Positions 62,208 to 64,000 of a DNA stretch of 64,000 nt are shown piece by piece. The DNA comes from an uncultured Acidobacteriota bacterium (GTDB lineage: Bacteria > Acidobacteriota > Thermoanaerobaculia > Gp7-AA8): contig CAVUKB010000001.1 of assembly GCA_963741955.1 (NCBI GenBank), positions 449,417-513,416 of the forward strand. Reading direction: 5' to 3'. Positions within the stretch are counted from its first letter, which is position 1. Each line of letters begins with the position of its first letter. Under the pieces are notes generated by a model. It did no database searches. It worked only from the letters and a program-made list of their open reading frames with translations, and was not told where the DNA came from. A program made the translations under genes and the position numbers.

Positions 62208-63899
62208 ATGGACGAACGGCCCACGATACTCATCGCTGACGACGATCCTTCGATCGTCTCACTCATCGAGCATTACCTCCGGCCGCTCGACGCGCGCATC
62301 CTCACCGCCGGCGACGGCGACGAAGCGCTCGCGGTGGTCGACGCGGAAATGCCCGACGTCGTCCTGCTCGACGTCCTGATGCCGAAGCGGAGCGGATGGG
62401 AAGTCTGCCAGGCCCTGAAGGCGCTTCACCGGACTTCGAAGATCTGCGTCGTTCTCGTCACTGCGAAAGGTGACGTGAAGGATCGTCTCACCGGCCTCCA
62501 GGTCGGAGCCGACGACTACCTGGTCAAGCCGTTCCGTCGCGAGGACGTCGTCTCCCGAATCCGGAATCTTCTCGACGGGCGTCGCTCCCGGCCGCCCGAG
62601 CCGGCGACCGAGCGGCGCAAGTCGGGCGACGGGCTCCACCACTTCCTCTTCGACCGCACCACCGGTCTCTCCACCATCCCCATCGTCCTCGGCAAGATCA
62701 AAGAAATGCTGATCCTGCAGGAGTCGGTCTGTCTGATCTACATCGACATCGAACAGATCGAGTCGATCGAAGCGGAGTTCGGCTGGGCGTTCTTCGAAGA
62801 GTTCCTCCGCAGCCTCGCCGAGATTCTGCAGGAAGAAACGCAGCGGCGGTTCGGCCCCGCCACCATTGCGGTCGACCGCGTGGGGGGGTCGAGCTTCTAC
62901 GTCTTTCTCGAGACCTGCAGCGCCGGAGAGAAGAACGGGAGTCTCGCCGCCGCCGCGCAGGAGCTTCGAGAAGTGCTGCTGCGCGCACTTCACGGACGCT
63001 TTCCTTCCATGGAATCGGGACAGATCGATCTCTTCGTCGGCGCGACTCGGATCGGATACCAGCCGCAGATCCGCCTCGAGCGCCAGATCTACCGCGGGAT
63101 GCAGACCGCGGCAGACCTGGTGCGGAGCGCGGAACAGCAGCGGAAGGCCGAGCTCACCCGCGAGCTGAAGCAGATCATCGAACGGAAACAGGTCACCACT
63201 CTTTTTCAGCCCATCGTCCGTGCCACGGATTACAGCGTCTTCGGATACGAGGTCCTCACCCGTGGTCCGCGGCGTTCCTCGTTCACCAACTCGGACATGC
63301 TCTTCTCCTTCGCCCGTGAGGCGGATCTCGCGTGGGAGCTCGAGGCCATCTCTCTCGACAGCGCTCTCGAGCGGCTCCAGAGCGAGTCGCTCGGCGACCG
63401 GAAGTTTCTGGTCAACCTCGAGGCGGAGATGTTCTCCATGAACGACCTCCGCATCCACGGGATCGTCGACTTCTTCGCGAAGCATCGCGGCAGCTTCGTC
63501 TTCGAGCTCACCGAGCGGGCGGCGATCGAGGACTACGAGGAGTTCCGCAAGCTCCTCGACGACTTCCGCCAGAAAGGGATCGAGATCGCGATCGACGACG
63601 CGGGATCGGGGTACGCGTCGCTGGAGGCGATCGCCTCGCTCGCACCCGACTACCTGAAGGTGACGAAGACGCTCGTCTCGACGCTGGCGGGGGAGCCGAT
63701 CAAGCAGGATCTGGTGCGGATGCTGGTGGAGCTGGCGGGACGGATCGGGGCGAAGACGATCGCCGAGGGAATCGAGACCGCGGAGGAGTACGAGTGGTGC
63801 GCCCGGCTCGGAGTGGACCTCCTCCAGGGCTACTACTTCGCGCGGCCGAAGGAGGAGTTCGTGTTGGAAGTTGCGCCCGCCGTTCCCGGACCACTATAA
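62208..63899 (+). CDS. REC / degenerate GGDEF / EAL c-di-GMP phosphodiesterase
   Basis: REC (ADDD, LDVLMP, KPF); RVGGSSF in place of GGDEF; FQPIV, YEVLTR, ELTE, DDAGSGYAS, AEGIET, QGYYF. Confidence 0.9.
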   Translation: MDERPTILIADDDPSIVSLIEHYLRPLDARILTAGDGDEALAVVDAEMPDVVLLDVLMPKRSGWEVCQALKALHRTSKICVVLVTAKGDVKDRLTGLQVGADDYLVKPFRREDVVSRIRNLLDGRRSRPPEPATERRKSGDGLHHFLFDRTTGLSTIPIVLGKIKEMLILQESVCLIYIDIEQIESIEAEFGWAFFEEFLRSLAEILQEETQRRFGPATIAVDRVGGSSFYVFLETCSAGEKNGSLAAAAQELREVLLRALHGRFPSMESGQIDLFVGATRIGYQPQIRLERQIYRGMQTAADLVRSAEQQRKAELTRELKQIIERKQVTTLFQPIVRATDYSVFGYEVLTRGPRRSSFTNSDMLFSFAREADLAWELEAISLDSALERLQSESLGDRKFLVNLEAEMFSMNDLRIHGIVDFFAKHRGSFVFELTERAAIEDYEEFRKLLDDFRQKGIEIAIDDAGSGYASLEAIASLAPDYLKVTKTLVSTLAGEPIKQDLVRMLVELAGRIGAKTIAEGIETAEEYEWCARLGVDLLQGYYFARPKEEFVLEVAPAVPGPL

Positions 63900-63969
63900 T
63901 CCGCCGCGCTTCGAACGGAGGGGGAGCGTGAAATTTTTCCCTCCCGGACCCGTTTTACGATGCCGTCAT

Positions 63970-64000
63970 GGGGCTGTAGCTCAGTTTGGGAGAGCGCCTG
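63970..64000 (+). tRNA. 5' part of a tRNA, probably tRNA-Ala (truncated by window end)
   Basis: GGGGCTGTAGCTCAGTTTGGGAGAGCGCCTG is an Ala-type acceptor strand plus D-arm; the anticodon is outside the window. Confidence 0.85.

Noticed and set aside
63900-64000. tRNA-anchored genomic island or att site
   Set aside because: Only the tRNA 5' end is present; no integrase or duplicated tRNA 3' end in the window.

Overview
GC-rich bacterial chromosomal segment, mostly housekeeping and envelope genes. Gene content and repeat style suggest Acidobacteriota; this is an impression, not tested. Left to right: (1) a ~15 kb surface-glycosylation neighbourhood with three YfhO-like and one other GT-C-type membrane protein, two GT2 enzymes and glyA, around a lone type IV pilin-like gene that has a sigma54-type promoter, its own terminator and two flanking exported M20 paralogues; (2) Fis-like HTH, rnr, TPR protein, REC-PP2C, pth, an AAA+/RHH/vWA operon and an orphan AhbC-like radical SAM gene; (3) S8 protease, serS, C26 amidotransferase, thioredoxin-TPR and DsbD; (4) MITE-like palindromes, yhbY, polysaccharide deacetylase, antiporter, bacterioferritin and metabolic genes; (5) a BFD ferredoxin followed by an ArsC/Spx-family gene whose first CxxC cysteine is an in-frame UGA with a downstream SECIS-like hairpin (probable selenoprotein missed by the ORF track), then a probable CRP/FNR-driven small RNA; (6) matrixin, MarC, AddAB, VanZ, REP/REPIN clusters, Hsp20, a ferredoxin-PilZ fusion, PGM/PMM, REC-xGGDEF-EAL and the 5' end of a tRNA. 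No prophage, transposase or true CRISPR array was seen. All family calls come from motif recognition by eye; no searches were run.
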